Below are positions 27,526 through 38,275 of a stretch of DNA of 64,000 nt, piece by piece. The DNA is from Myxococcota bacterium (GTDB lineage Bacteria; Myxococcota_A; Polyangia; Nannocystales; Nannocystaceae), in NCBI GenBank assembly GCA_039028615.1, contig JBCCHT010000009.1, positions 192,001-256,000 on the forward strand, given 5' to 3'. The position numbers and the translations under genes were made by a program. The notes under the pieces are model-generated. The model was not told the origin of the DNA. It ran no database searches and was given only the letters and a program-made list of their open reading frames with translations. Every line of letters starts with the position of its first letter. Positions within the stretch are counted from its first letter, which is position 1.

Positions 27526-30084
27526 ATGGCCGTATTTGATCCCGTAAAGGGCCCAGATCGTGAACGGATCGATCGCGAGGAGCTCGACGATGCGACCGAC
27601 TTGCCCGCGATCCTCCGCGATCGCCGTCGTCGTCGCCCGCGTTACTTCGACCGGCGCTTCCTGACCGCCCGCGACCTCACTCGCGATCAGCAGTACGTCG
27701 CGCTTCGACAGGCCGACCTCGGGCAGATCGGGGGCTCGGGGGTACTCTCGGGGCTCGACGTTCACTCGGACGCTCGCGGAGCGCAGCTGTTCCTCGAGCC
27801 AGGGGTCGGGGTCGCGCGCTCGGGCGAGGTCGTGGCGGTTCGGGAGCGGGTTCGTGCCCGTGTTGCCCACTTGCCCATCACGCACTTTAGCGGCCGCGCC
27901 GTCGACTCGTTGAGCAATCGGAGACCGTGGCGCCGTCGGCATGGGCTGTTCGTCCTCGTGGCGAGGCCGGTCGAGTACGCTCGCGAACCCACGACCGCAT
28001 TCCCGACCGGAGTCTCGGGTGAGCGCAGCCTGGAAGATGGTGAGATCGCTGAAGCCACTTGGCTCACGCTGATGCCGGTGCCGAGCCTCGCACCGCGCGA
28101 GGTCCTACGGCGCGGACGTGCGCGGCTGGCTCGGGAGGTGTTCTTGGAGGGGTTCGACCTCTCCGAGGGGAGCGATGGCCTCGCGCTCGCGGTGGTGGGC
28201 CTCGTCGGCAATCGAATCAACTGGATCGACACCCACATGGTGCGTCGAGACGTCGGTGGCGACGGCCTGCTCGGGCTCGGCATCGAACGCCGCAAGAATC
28301 GGCTGGCCTTCCAGCGCCACTACGTCGACCGCATTCGAGATGTGGTGGCCGAGCGCGGAGATCGTGGCTTGGGCGAGAACATCGCGGCCGCCGACGAGTT
28401 CGACGTCTTGCCGCCCGTCGGCCCGCTACCTCGGGCGGCACTCCAGGCGGAAAACGGCGATCTGTTCCAGAGCTTCTTTCCCGCCTCCATCTACACCGAA
28501 GTCACGGTGGTCCCGGAGGACGAGCTGTCGAGTTTCGTCTCTGAGGGGCTGGTGCGTGCGCCCATCGATCTGACGGTGGAGCCCGAGACTCTCGAGGCGG
28601 TGCCGGTCCTGCTGATCGTTCCAGTTCCCCGGAAGGGCTTGCTCGATCGCATTCGTCGGTTGCAGAGCGGGGTGTTGCGGTCGTCGCTCTCTGCCGCCGG
28701 CCGACCCCTGGCACGAGTGCGGCCGTTCGACGGGCTGTCGGCCCTGAGACGCAAGCTGATGCCCGAAGTCGCAGATCCGAAGCCGTTGGACATGAAGGCG
28801 TGGCGGAGTGCGCTCGAGTCCGCCACCGAGCTGTGGTACATGCGCCGCCCTCAATTCGCGCCCGTGTCTGCCGTCGTGCCTCGGATCCCCGAAGGTAGCC
28901 TCGACAGCGAGCCCATCGAGATGCTCGATGGGCCGGCTCGCGATCACATCGAGGGAGCGGGCGAGGTCGAGCGGTTCAATAATCTGTTGTCGACAGTGGG
29001 AGAGGAGGTCATCGCCGCCCTCGGTGAGACTCTCGCAGACTCCGTGTTTGCGACACCGGTCTTCGTCACCGGGTTGCTCGCCGAGCTGGCCTACGTGGCT
29101 CGCCGCCCTCGCGCGACGGGGTTGCTCCCCGAGCCTCCCGATGCTCCGCGAGCTCCGTTCTTCGTCGAGTCTCCCCCGCTCGACCGAGTCGTGCTCCGGC
29201 CGATCGAACTCGGCGATGTCCAGCGCGTGACCTTGCGGTATCGGGCCCAGGGGGCCGTGGGCGGGATCGCGTTGCTCGGCGCGCTCGGTGACTTCGAACG
29301 GGCCGTGCTCGGCCAGAGCGTGGTGTTGCCGGAGATCGGCGCGTGGCTCAGTCAGCCTCTGGGAGGCTTCGTGACCGTCGGGGTCGTTCAGCAGATGCTA
29401 GCGAATGCCGACGTCGACGGCCTGCGCGGGCTGGCCGAAGGTATGGACCTGAGGATCGCTCGGCTGTTCGACGAATCGCGCTCTGCTCCTCGGCTGGCCA
29501 CCTTTGGTGCGGAGCCCCTGCTGCGTCTGGTCTGGGACGTCAGTGCGGCCAGCTTCCGGGAGAGCATCGACGATGCGCTCGCGGACCTGCCCTTGGGTGA
29601 GTCCGCGGTGTTCACCACGATCTTCCTGGTCAAGCTGATCGAGATCGGGTGGGGGCTGGATATCGACACCGCGGACGAGGGGCGGGCGTTCCTCGACGCG
29701 TTGGCGGCATGGGTGCCCGGGACCGCCTTCGCCGTGCCCGGCGTACCCACGCTGCACCCCAATGGCGAGGTCTTGGCAGATGTCTCCCATGTCAGTCGCG
29801 ACTTGCTCGTCGAAGGAGCCTTGAACACGGCACCGGAGACGGTGAGCCAAGCCAGCGAGCGGTTGGTCGACGTGGGTTTCCCCCGACCGGTGGTCCCGAC
29901 TTCCGAGGATGCCGAGGCGCTCCAGTTGCTGGCCTTGGCCGCGCCGGGGGTCACGTTCTTGAACGAGATCGCAACCGCGACCGATGCTGCGCTGGGCTCG
30001 TTCGCAACGCAGGCCGGTCAGGCAGTGACGCTGCGGCACATGCTGCTGATGCGCGTTGCCGTAGTCCAGCTGTCGAACTCGTGA
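27526..30084 (+). CDS. Baseplate-anchor-domain protein 2 (852 aa)
   Basis: RPRYFDRRFLTARDLTRDQQY...GVLSGLDV...LEPGVGVARSGEVV. Confidence 0.8.
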   Translation: MAVFDPVKGPDRERIDREELDDATDLPAILRDRRRRRPRYFDRRFLTARDLTRDQQYVALRQADLGQIGGSGVLSGLDVHSDARGAQLFLEPGVGVARSGEVVAVRERVRARVAHLPITHFSGRAVDSLSNRRPWRRRHGLFVLVARPVEYAREPTTAFPTGVSGERSLEDGEIAEATWLTLMPVPSLAPREVLRRGRARLAREVFLEGFDLSEGSDGLALAVVGLVGNRINWIDTHMVRRDVGGDGLLGLGIERRKNRLAFQRHYVDRIRDVVAERGDRGLGENIAAADEFDVLPPVGPLPRAALQAENGDLFQSFFPASIYTEVTVVPEDELSSFVSEGLVRAPIDLTVEPETLEAVPVLLIVPVPRKGLLDRIRRLQSGVLRSSLSAAGRPLARVRPFDGLSALRRKLMPEVADPKPLDMKAWRSALESATELWYMRRPQFAPVSAVVPRIPEGSLDSEPIEMLDGPARDHIEGAGEVERFNNLLSTVGEEVIAALGETLADSVFATPVFVTGLLAELAYVARRPRATGLLPEPPDAPRAPFFVESPPLDRVVLRPIELGDVQRVTLRYRAQGAVGGIALLGALGDFERAVLGQSVVLPEIGAWLSQPLGGFVTVGVVQQMLANADVDGLRGLAEGMDLRIARLFDESRSAPRLATFGAEPLLRLVWDVSAASFRESIDDALADLPLGESAVFTTIFLVKLIEIGWGLDIDTADEGRAFLDALAAWVPGTAFAVPGVPTLHPNGEVLADVSHVSRDLLVEGALNTAPETVSQASERLVDVGFPRPVVPTSEDAEALQLLALAAPGVTFLNEIATATDAALGSFATQAGQAVTLRHMLLMRVAVVQLSNS

Positions 30085-30094
30085 TGAGGAGAAG

Positions 30095-32764
30095 ATGATG
30101 GAAGACCTCGACAGCTTTGCTCCTCGACGCCGTTCGACCCGTCGGCGCCTGCCTCCCGACGACATTCGTCGCGCGGAACGGATTGGCGCGCTGGCCAACG
30201 ACGCCGAGCGAGTTCGGCCCCGCTATTTCGATGGTCGTCGTTTGAGTGCGACAGACCTGTCCGCCGACTTCGACTACTTCGATCGGCGGCAGCGTGACCT
30301 GGCCAGCACGGTCGACGGCGGCGTGGTCGAGGGGCTTGGGATCGAGTGGCCACCCCCTGGTGAAGGCGGCGGCCCACTGCGGCTGAGGGTGGGCTCGGGC
30401 CACGGTTTGACGCGCGCGGGTGAGCTGGTCCTGGTGCGCGAGGCCATCGTGCTGGACCTGGCCGACCTTCCCACCTCGTCCCAGCTCGACGCGGTCTTCG
30501 ATCTCGACGAACGACCTCGGCCCCCGGCGCGCACGCAGAGCGGAATCTTCGCGCTGACGCTTCGCCCGGTGGAGTTCCAGGCCAACCCGGTCGCACCCTA
30601 TCCCAAGAACATCACGGGCGAGCGCGTCCTCGAGGATGGCGAGGTCATCGAGGCTACGCTGTTCACGTTGGTCCCGCTCGCATCCGAGTCGGGTCTGGAT
30701 GCGGTCCGCGAGGGCAGAGCCGGCCTCGCCCGGCGAATCTTCGTCGAAGGGCTCGACCCGGCGCGTTCGATTCACGGCTTGCCGATTGCGGTGGTGGCCA
30801 TCGAACGAGGTCAGATTTCGTGGGTCGATGTACACCTGGCACGGCGTCGCGCGATGGCCGATCCCACCAGAGGGTTCGGGGCAGGGGCACGGCCGCGGTT
30901 GGAAGCGAGCCTGCAGCACTACGACGACGCGCTGAAGCGCATCATCGCGGAGCGCCTGGCCGTTCCACTCGGCCTGCGTTTCGGCGCGAGTGAGTATTTC
31001 GAGGTCTTGCCCCCGGCGGGGGTGCTGCCGGCCGCCGCGGTCGAGGTGCAGTTCGATCGCGTGTTCCAGTACTTCTTCCCGCCCGGGGTGGATGCCGAGA
31101 TCGCGCTGGTTCCCGAAGACGAGATTCCGGGCCTCATCGAGGAAGCCATCGACCTGGGGCCGATCGATCTCGCGGCGGGGGCGGCTTCGCTGGAGTCGAC
31201 ACCGGTATTGATCACCATTCCCGTCCCGCGGGAGGAGTTTCCCGAGTGGGTTCGCCAAACGGGCGGAGTGCCGCGCCGACCGGTCGCGCAGCGACTCGCG
31301 CGTTCGTTGGCCCATCGACGTCCAGTCGACGCGTTCCTTCGCCGCGCACTGCGGCGATCGGCGGCCGAGGGAGCTCCTGCGGTGCCGTTGCTCGAACCCT
31401 GGCAGAACGCGCTGGCCAACGCGGAGACGCTGTTGTTCGTGCGGCAGCGCCAGCGGGCCCAGACCTCGTTCGCTCAGGCACGCTATGGCCCCATCCCCGC
31501 GGAGCAACGGCCGTCGGGGACGATCGCGGAGCTGGTACGCAACCGCCTCGAGCTGGCCGGCGAGCTCGGGCGTTTCGATCGGCTCTTGGTCACCGCGGGC
31601 CCCGACGCGCTCGAACGCCTCGAGACGCTGCTCTCGAACGACGCATTCGAGCATCTTCTCTTCGTCAACGGGCTCGTCGCCGAGCTGTCGTACCGAGCAC
31701 GTCGCAAGCTCCTCGGGGCCGGCGAGAGCGTCGGTGATGGAAGCACCTTCCTCACGGTGGGGAGCGTTCCACCCGGAGCACCGCTGCCGCTCCGTGTTCG
31801 CCCGCTCCGGCCCGAAGATGTAGACGCGGTCGCAGATCGCTACGCGAACGTCGCCGTGCCGCAGGGATTGGTCGAATTGGCGACACGGCATAGCGCGCTC
31901 TTCGATGAGCTGGACGTTCGTATCGTGCTCGCGCAGACGTTGCGCGTCCCCGAGCTCGATCAGCAAGTCGCGAACGTTCGGGAGGCTGAGCGTGACGATC
32001 TGGCGGCTCGCCTGCTCGACTTGGCTCGGGATCGCGACGTCAGCGAGATTCGTGACTTCATCGGCTACCTCCGCCCACAACCGCCTCGCTTCGAGCCTCC
32101 GGCAGGGGCGACCGGGTATGCCAATGTGGAAGCCGTCGGGGCGGCGGACCTCTTTCGGTTGCTGTGGGACCACAGCCCCGATCTCTTCGATGCCACCGCG
32201 GCGACCGACGTGCGAGGAAAGCTCGATGCCTTCGTCGCCGACCTTCGCAATGCGGAGCCCTTGTTCACCACCGTCCTGCTGACCTCGGCGGTCGTCGGAG
32301 GTTGGCGGCTCGATGTCGATACCAGCTCGGATGCCAAGCTGGTCCTGCAGAGCCTCTACTGGCGCTCATTTGGCACAGGCCCTCTGTTCGTCGCCACCAA
32401 GAGCCCTCGCCTGGGTGAAGGAGAGGAGCTGCAGCTCTCCGGTGAGGGCAGCCAGCTGGGTGGCATCGAGTCCGAGCTCCAGAGATTGGCCCAGCTCTCC
32501 GCCCTTCATGACGCCGACCCCGGCCTGGCGGGGCTTGGTGCCCGATTCGAGGAGGCGGGTTTCCCTGGGCCCACCATGGAACCCGGCGACGCCTATCGGA
32601 TGATGGGGATGGTCGAGGACGCGTGGGCATGGATTACCGAGCTACGCGATCTCGAGGTTGGCGGTCACGACCTCGGCGCGCTGGCCCAGGAGCTCATTGC
32701 GGAGCTCGAGGTGGGGTCGTTCGCGCGCTTGGAAGCACTACTCCACGACTGGCGACTCAGGTAG
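30095..32764 (+). CDS. Baseplate-anchor-domain protein 3 (889 aa), paralog of protein 2
   Basis: RPRYFDGRRLSATDL...GVVEGLGI...VGSGHGLTRAGELV; extended similarity to 27526..30084. Confidence 0.8.
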   Translation: MMEDLDSFAPRRRSTRRRLPPDDIRRAERIGALANDAERVRPRYFDGRRLSATDLSADFDYFDRRQRDLASTVDGGVVEGLGIEWPPPGEGGGPLRLRVGSGHGLTRAGELVLVREAIVLDLADLPTSSQLDAVFDLDERPRPPARTQSGIFALTLRPVEFQANPVAPYPKNITGERVLEDGEVIEATLFTLVPLASESGLDAVREGRAGLARRIFVEGLDPARSIHGLPIAVVAIERGQISWVDVHLARRRAMADPTRGFGAGARPRLEASLQHYDDALKRIIAERLAVPLGLRFGASEYFEVLPPAGVLPAAAVEVQFDRVFQYFFPPGVDAEIALVPEDEIPGLIEEAIDLGPIDLAAGAASLESTPVLITIPVPREEFPEWVRQTGGVPRRPVAQRLARSLAHRRPVDAFLRRALRRSAAEGAPAVPLLEPWQNALANAETLLFVRQRQRAQTSFAQARYGPIPAEQRPSGTIAELVRNRLELAGELGRFDRLLVTAGPDALERLETLLSNDAFEHLLFVNGLVAELSYRARRKLLGAGESVGDGSTFLTVGSVPPGAPLPLRVRPLRPEDVDAVADRYANVAVPQGLVELATRHSALFDELDVRIVLAQTLRVPELDQQVANVREAERDDLAARLLDLARDRDVSEIRDFIGYLRPQPPRFEPPAGATGYANVEAVGAADLFRLLWDHSPDLFDATAATDVRGKLDAFVADLRNAEPLFTTVLLTSAVVGGWRLDVDTSSDAKLVLQSLYWRSFGTGPLFVATKSPRLGEGEELQLSGEGSQLGGIESELQRLAQLSALHDADPGLAGLGARFEEAGFPGPTMEPGDAYRMMGMVEDAWAWITELRDLEVGGHDLGALAQELIAELEVGSFARLEALLHDWRLR

Positions 32765-32771
32765 GCGCACC

Positions 32772-35700
32772 ATGACAGTGATCACCAAAGGAATCCCGAC
32801 TTCGACGTTCGGTGAGCGTGCCCTGGAGATTCAGCCTCCACTGACCACGGGCGCCGATGCGGCGGACCGTGAAGCGCAAGGGTGGGCTCGACGTACGCGG
32901 TACTTCGCGGGTCGTTCGGTCACGGACCTGGCTCTGAAAGGGGGTCAGCGTCACTATGGAGGGCATCTGGCGACGGCCGGGCAGAAACTCGCGCCCGGAG
33001 TCGTGGTGGGCTTGGAGGCGATGGCCGAGGGGCCACGGAACGCGCCGATCCTTCACATTGCGCCGGGCATCGGCCTATGCGTGAGCGGTGAGGACGTGAG
33101 GGTGCCGGAGGCGGTGGCACTCGACGCGCTCTCGCTCATGGTGATCGCGAACGAGGTGCCGGACGACGACGCCGAAGACGACGAAGCGTCGTTGCCTACG
33201 CTGGAAGCAACGCTCGGCCAGCTTCGGGGGGCGGCGTTCGTGATCCTGCTGCGGCCCGTGGAAATCGAGGTGACGGAGAACGTCGACCCGGACGACCCTT
33301 GCGAACTCGACCCCGGGGACATTTCATTCCGAGACGAGCTGTTGGTCGACGGGTGTCGCGTCGTCTTGTACCGACTCGACTCGCTGCCCGACCCTTCGGT
33401 TCGATGGCGTAACGAGCTAGCGTACATGGTCTTCGATGCCGAGGCCGCTCTTGGCACAGGCGAGGTGCACCCGTGGGAGCCGTTCGGGGTCCCCATCGGA
33501 GTGCTCGCATTTCCTCCCGACGGCGGCCCACCCTTTGTCGATATTCATGCCGTTGCTCGAGCGGGAGGTTCACCTGCCGAGCAGCTGCGCTTGCTCGACG
33601 GCCCGGGAACTCCGCGACTTTGGCAGGCTCGACTCGAGCAGATGACGACCGAGCTGCGCGAGTCGGACATCGACGCCCTGCAGGTGGCCGGGTTGGATTC
33701 GCAGTTCCGTTGGCTGCCGCCCGTGGGCCTGCTGCCGCCAGGGACCGTCGCGGTTCGTGGCGACCACGGGGAGCCCGACTACCCTCTGCCTGCGCCTTCG
33801 CTCTTTCCCGAGGACTACGTAGTCGAGGTCGTTCCCGTCGAACTCGAGGCCGTCGACGAATATCTACACGCCGGGGCGTTCCAAGCTCCGCTCGATACGG
33901 AAGCACAGGAGCAAGTGCAGATCCTCGTGCCCGTGCCTCAGCAGCACTTCGATCCCGATCTGCTGGTGGTGGAGGACGAGACGCCGGACGAGTTCCGAGA
34001 GACGATCGAGATGCTGCTCCTGCGGCTCAATCACCGACTGGGCCGTCGCTACCTCGTTCGGGTCTACGACACCTCGTTGACGAGGCATCTCGACAGTCGT
34101 GTCCAGCAGTACCCCGACGAGCCGCGTGCCGTCGACGGGGAGGTCGATGGGTTCTTTCCTCCCGACGAGGTCCTTCCCGAGGTGGATGTACCCCCTCCCG
34201 AAGAACCCTACGGGCATGATCTCGACGACCGTATGTACGCGCTCATCCAACGCGTCGCGGACACGGTGGGAGTCGAGGAAAACCCTGCCCGCAACCCGCT
34301 GGCGATCATGCTCTACGGGATTGCCGACGGCGTCACGGTTCCCGCGATGAACATCGCGCCCCTTTCGTATCCTTTGAACATCACGAGGGCCGCTCTGCCG
34401 ACGTTCTTCGTCAATAGCCGTTTCCGTGGGAAGGGGTTCGTCGGGTTCGCCAAGGGGCTGACTGAGCGCCTCGTGGAGGCCGCCGAGCGCCTCGACCTCG
34501 CCTTTGCCGGGGTCGAAGCCGAACTCCACCAGCTGCGCTCCTACGTGTCCGACGAGGGGGCGTCCGATCACATGGCCAGTTCCCCCGTGGTCTCGGCCAT
34601 TACCTCGCACTCACTCGCCCCTGCACCCCCCATCCAGCTCCGAGCTTTTCGGTCGTTCATGCTCGATCGGCTCAACCAGGTGGCCACGATCACTGAAGTC
34701 GATCCGAGCGTCACCATCCCGACTCGTCGGATCCCGACCGGGGAACGCAAGGTCCAACCTTCGTTGTTGTTCGGCCGGAACTTGGTCGATCGGATGCGGG
34801 CCTCGGTGGCCGCGACCGCAGCCGAGAATGCCCGGCACGCCAAGATCTCGGCGCTTCGGTCGCTGCTGTACATCAACGACCGCCTCGCGCTGTCGTTGGA
34901 CGGCATCGAGTTCCCTGTCCTGCGAGAGGCTGCCTTGGAGGCCCCGTTGGGGCCAGGGGAGTTCATCAGCATCTCGACGATTCGGACGGAACTCGCCCGG
35001 GCCGAGACGGACTGGCCGCATGATGACGTCGAGACTTGGCCTGGTGGTGGGGCGGCCGATTCGGAAGCGACGTTCTTCGCCCAATCCGTCCGCTCGCTCG
35101 AGGAGCTGATCGCGGCGTTGCGGATCGCCGAGGCCAGACTCACCGCCTACGAGGCCGGGCTCGAGGTGCTGCGGGACGAACTCCAGAGCCTCCGGCAGCT
35201 GCGGCAGAGAATCCGTGAACGCCTCGATGCACTGCAGGACGAAATCCAGGAGGTTCGGCACGACGTTCGCGTTGCGCGGGCCCTGGAGCGGGAGGAGGTC
35301 GTGCGAGCCACCCGGCTCAACCGATTGCGCGAGCAAGTGATCGAAGAGCACGTACCGTTCCTGCTTTTTCGCCGACCTCGTACGGTGGACGCGGTGCAGT
35401 CGCCCCCGACCTTGCAGGTCTCGTCCTCGCAGGCCTCCGATGTCGTGCCCGAGTGTCTGGACGCGGATTTCGAGGCCCCCGAGCAACTGCGGGCAATGAT
35501 CGACCTGGTTCGCGATGCACCCCTGAAGTGGCTGAAGATAGGTCCCGCGGTGGTCCGCAGGGTGAATCGAATCGCGGCGTTGCGGCAGGCCGCCGAGGTC
35601 GCGTGGCATCGCTCGCGCAACCCGGAGCCTTTCGGATACCGGCCCTTCGACGGTGCCTCGTTCGAGACTCCCGCAGGACTGCGGATGCGGGGCCTCTTCT

Positions 35701-36497
35701 CCGCGCATCGTTCCGCGTTTCAGAACATACGTCTGGCGGCCGGAGGGTGGCTGAGCGGCTCGGCCTATCTGAGCTACCCCTGGCATCAGCTGGCCACGCT
35801 CGTCGAAGGCAATGCCACGGTCAACGACTTTCTGCTCAGTCCACACGGACGACAGGATGCAGCGCAGCGGCTGACCGAGGAACTGACGAACATCTTCCGC
35901 GTAGCAGCATGCCTCTACGAGCACTTCGGCCAGGTCCTGCCGTCGCTGCGCTTGCGGTGGGTGCAGCAGGTGAGCGAAGAGGACGAAGACCCGCTCGATC
36001 TCGACGACCTGTCGAAGCTGCCCGGCTGGGAGGACGTGGACCGAGTCGATCGACGCGACATTCAGACTCTCGTCGATTGGTTGTTCGACCGCTTCCGAAC
36101 CGAGGAGGACGGGGCGCTGCAGTTCGTCCGCGACATCATTCGGGTGACGCTCCTGCTCAGTGGCCATGCTCCGGTTCGGCAGGTCATCGAGGCTACGGTG
36201 GTGGAGACGCGTCCCGTGCAAGCGGGAGGGCGAGTGAGCGTGGCGCTCGACCCCGAGCGGGTGCGCGTGGGTATGCACGTGCAGCTCTACGCGAGCGAGG
36301 TTCGGACGCGGGTGATCGCCCGCGGGATCATCGATGACCTGGCCTCGGGGGTGGCGGCGGTTCGCGTCGTCACCACCGATGGCAACAAGGCGGTCTCGCC
36401 CACCCGGGCCGAGATCAGTGAACCCTCCCAGTCGCCGAGGATCGAGATGCGTGACGGCAGCTCGTTCCACCTCGGTGTGGCCGCGACCCTCTCGTGA
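32772..36497 (+). CDS. Baseplate-anchor-domain protein 4 with a coiled coil (~1240 aa)
   Basis: RTRYFAGRSVTD...GVVVGLEA...IAPGIGLCVSGEDV; WLPPVGLLP; heptad region LEELIAALRIAE...EVRHDVRVARALE; ATG 32772. Confidence 0.8.
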   Translation: MTVITKGIPTSTFGERALEIQPPLTTGADAADREAQGWARRTRYFAGRSVTDLALKGGQRHYGGHLATAGQKLAPGVVVGLEAMAEGPRNAPILHIAPGIGLCVSGEDVRVPEAVALDALSLMVIANEVPDDDAEDDEASLPTLEATLGQLRGAAFVILLRPVEIEVTENVDPDDPCELDPGDISFRDELLVDGCRVVLYRLDSLPDPSVRWRNELAYMVFDAEAALGTGEVHPWEPFGVPIGVLAFPPDGGPPFVDIHAVARAGGSPAEQLRLLDGPGTPRLWQARLEQMTTELRESDIDALQVAGLDSQFRWLPPVGLLPPGTVAVRGDHGEPDYPLPAPSLFPEDYVVEVVPVELEAVDEYLHAGAFQAPLDTEAQEQVQILVPVPQQHFDPDLLVVEDETPDEFRETIEMLLLRLNHRLGRRYLVRVYDTSLTRHLDSRVQQYPDEPRAVDGEVDGFFPPDEVLPEVDVPPPEEPYGHDLDDRMYALIQRVADTVGVEENPARNPLAIMLYGIADGVTVPAMNIAPLSYPLNITRAALPTFFVNSRFRGKGFVGFAKGLTERLVEAAERLDLAFAGVEAELHQLRSYVSDEGASDHMASSPVVSAITSHSLAPAPPIQLRAFRSFMLDRLNQVATITEVDPSVTIPTRRIPTGERKVQPSLLFGRNLVDRMRASVAATAAENARHAKISALRSLLYINDRLALSLDGIEFPVLREAALEAPLGPGEFISISTIRTELARAETDWPHDDVETWPGGGAADSEATFFAQSVRSLEELIAALRIAEARLTAYEAGLEVLRDELQSLRQLRQRIRERLDALQDEIQEVRHDVRVARALEREEVVRATRLNRLREQVIEEHVPFLLFRRPRTVDAVQSPPTLQVSSSQASDVVPECLDADFEAPEQLRAMIDLVRDAPLKWLKIGPAVVRRVNRIAALRQAAEVAWHRSRNPEPFGYRPFDGASFETPAGLRMRGLFSAHRSAFQNIRLAAGGWLSGSAYLSYPWHQLATLVEGNATVNDFLLSPHGRQDAAQRLTEELTNIFRVAACLYEHFGQVLPSLRLRWVQQVSEEDEDPLDLDDLSKLPGWEDVDRVDRRDIQTLVDWLFDRFRTEEDGALQFVRDIIRVTLLLSGHAPVRQVIEATVVETRPVQAGGRVSVALDPERVRVGMHVQLYASEVRTRVIARGIIDDLASGVAAVRVVTTDGNKAVSPTRAEISEPSQSPRIEMRDGSSFHLGVAATLS

Positions 36498-38275
36498 TCG
36501 TCGACCGTAGACGCGTAGGGCGGCTGAAGCTCCAGGCTTCCCGGTCCGAGCATGTGCCCTCCGCGGTAGCGGTGGTGCGCGAGGCCTTGAGGATCGCAAC
36601 GATGCCGGGCGACGGACAGTCGGGGCGCTTGTTCGTCCGTCGCGTGGACCTGGGCCGCATCGACTTGCGTCGCGGTGCACAAAGCGTCGCAAAGGCGCTG
36701 TCCGAGCAGATGCAGGCGTTGCGGGCTTCGGCGGTTCCGATCGCCTCGGCGCGCGCGAAAGAGGCCGAGGCTGTGTTTGTGCGGGACTCTTTCGAGGCGA
36801 CCGCGCTTGCGCTCTATCGCGCTTCGGCAGGGTGCTCGCTCGATGGGTGGGTTTGGTCGCGGATCGAACCCTCGTGGTCTGGATGCTCGCCCCGGCAGAT
36901 CGTCGCTCGAGCGTGGCAGAAGCTGGCCACCGAGCTCCAGGCCCCCGCTGCGATGGCGGGAGCCGTGGGCGCACTCCTCGATGGACGGCGTCTCGAGGCC
37001 GCGTGTGATGAACTCGATGCTCGAGATGGCCGGGTCCTGTGGACAGCGTCGCAGGCTAGCGGGCATCGCTCCGAGCCCACGAGCAATGGTGGTGATACGG
37101 CCGAGGTATTCGATCCGTTGCCGCCGGTCTGGCGTGATTCCATTCGTGGGCTGGTGCGCTCGTGGGGAGAATCGGACGCTCGGTCGCATTGGGTGATGCT
37201 GGCCGCACTCCGGGCCGCTCACCTGGGTTCGACTCATGGGCGCGTCGAACGAGTCGAAGCCCTGGTTCGGGCCTATGCCGACCCCGAGATCGATTGGGAT
37301 GCGCATCGGCCCTGGTACGCGGCTGGGCCGGGGGATGAAGAGCACCTCGGTCGATCGAAGCGAGAAGGAACGATGGTTGAGTCCGAACTCCCCGAGATTC
37401 GCCGGGTCTCGGACGAGGAGGCGCCCAATGCCGATTCGAGGCAGGTCCGAGCGAAGCTCGAGGTGTCGGAGCGAGAAAACACGGGGGGGTCTACGCGCAC
37501 CGAGAGTTCTTCGGGCGGGGATTACGAGGCCGCGAGGGGTGTCGAGCACGACTCAGTACCGGTCGAGGCCGAGCGAGGGCAACCGGAACGAGAGCGGTTC
37601 GCGTGGGGAGCTGGCGCGCACCCGGTGCCGACCGCTTGCGGGGGTCTCTGGTTCATTCTCGCCATCCTCGAGCGGTTGGGCATCGAAGCCTTCATCGATG
37701 TCCATCCCCATCTCGACGGGACGGCACTGGCCGCCAGGGTACTGCGGCGGGTCGCCGATGAACTCGAGGTGCCCGGTGATGACCCGGCTCGGGTAGTTCT
37801 CGGCATACCACCCGCGAGCGATCGGCCGACCCCATTCGTCGTCCCTCCCGCATGGCTGAGCGGCGTCGAGACGATACATGCCAGATGGTCCGCTGCGGCT
37901 CATCGAGTGGTGTTGGTGGACTCCGACGAGCGTCCCTTGGCGATGTTGACGGCACCCGGGAGCGCCATGGTGTCGCAGTTCGAGGATCTGCCTCTCTACG
38001 GCCTCGACCACCCCATCGATGCCCTCGTGGAGGCGTGGTTCGCCGCCGTTTGCCGATGGCTCGAGCGTCACACCGAGATGAGCCTCGCCGAGCTCGTACT
38101 CCGGTCGGGAGCCGTCGCCTGGACACGGACCCACATCGACCTCGTCTTCGATCTTCAGCACACCGACATCCGCGTTCGCCTGGCGATGCTCGATCTGGAT
38201 CCGGGTTGGGTCCCGTGGCTCGGGCGCGTCGTGGCTTTTCACTACGTTCATCGAGGAGTGTTGGGCGATGGTTGA
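36494..38275 (+). CDS. CIS tape-measure-like protein (Afp14)
   Basis: Sits just before the ATPase; GGLWFIL and C-terminal LRSGAV..TRTHIDLVFDL...LDLDPGWVPWLGRVVAFHY. Confidence 0.78.
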   Translation: MIVDRRRVGRLKLQASRSEHVPSAVAVVREALRIATMPGDGQSGRLFVRRVDLGRIDLRRGAQSVAKALSEQMQALRASAVPIASARAKEAEAVFVRDSFEATALALYRASAGCSLDGWVWSRIEPSWSGCSPRQIVARAWQKLATELQAPAAMAGAVGALLDGRRLEAACDELDARDGRVLWTASQASGHRSEPTSNGGDTAEVFDPLPPVWRDSIRGLVRSWGESDARSHWVMLAALRAAHLGSTHGRVERVEALVRAYADPEIDWDAHRPWYAAGPGDEEHLGRSKREGTMVESELPEIRRVSDEEAPNADSRQVRAKLEVSERENTGGSTRTESSSGGDYEAARGVEHDSVPVEAERGQPERERFAWGAGAHPVPTACGGLWFILAILERLGIEAFIDVHPHLDGTALAARVLRRVADELEVPGDDPARVVLGIPPASDRPTPFVVPPAWLSGVETIHARWSAAAHRVVLVDSDERPLAMLTAPGSAMVSQFEDLPLYGLDHPIDALVEAWFAAVCRWLERHTEMSLAELVLRSGAVAWTRTHIDLVFDLQHTDIRVRLAMLDLDPGWVPWLGRVVAFHYVHRGVLGDG

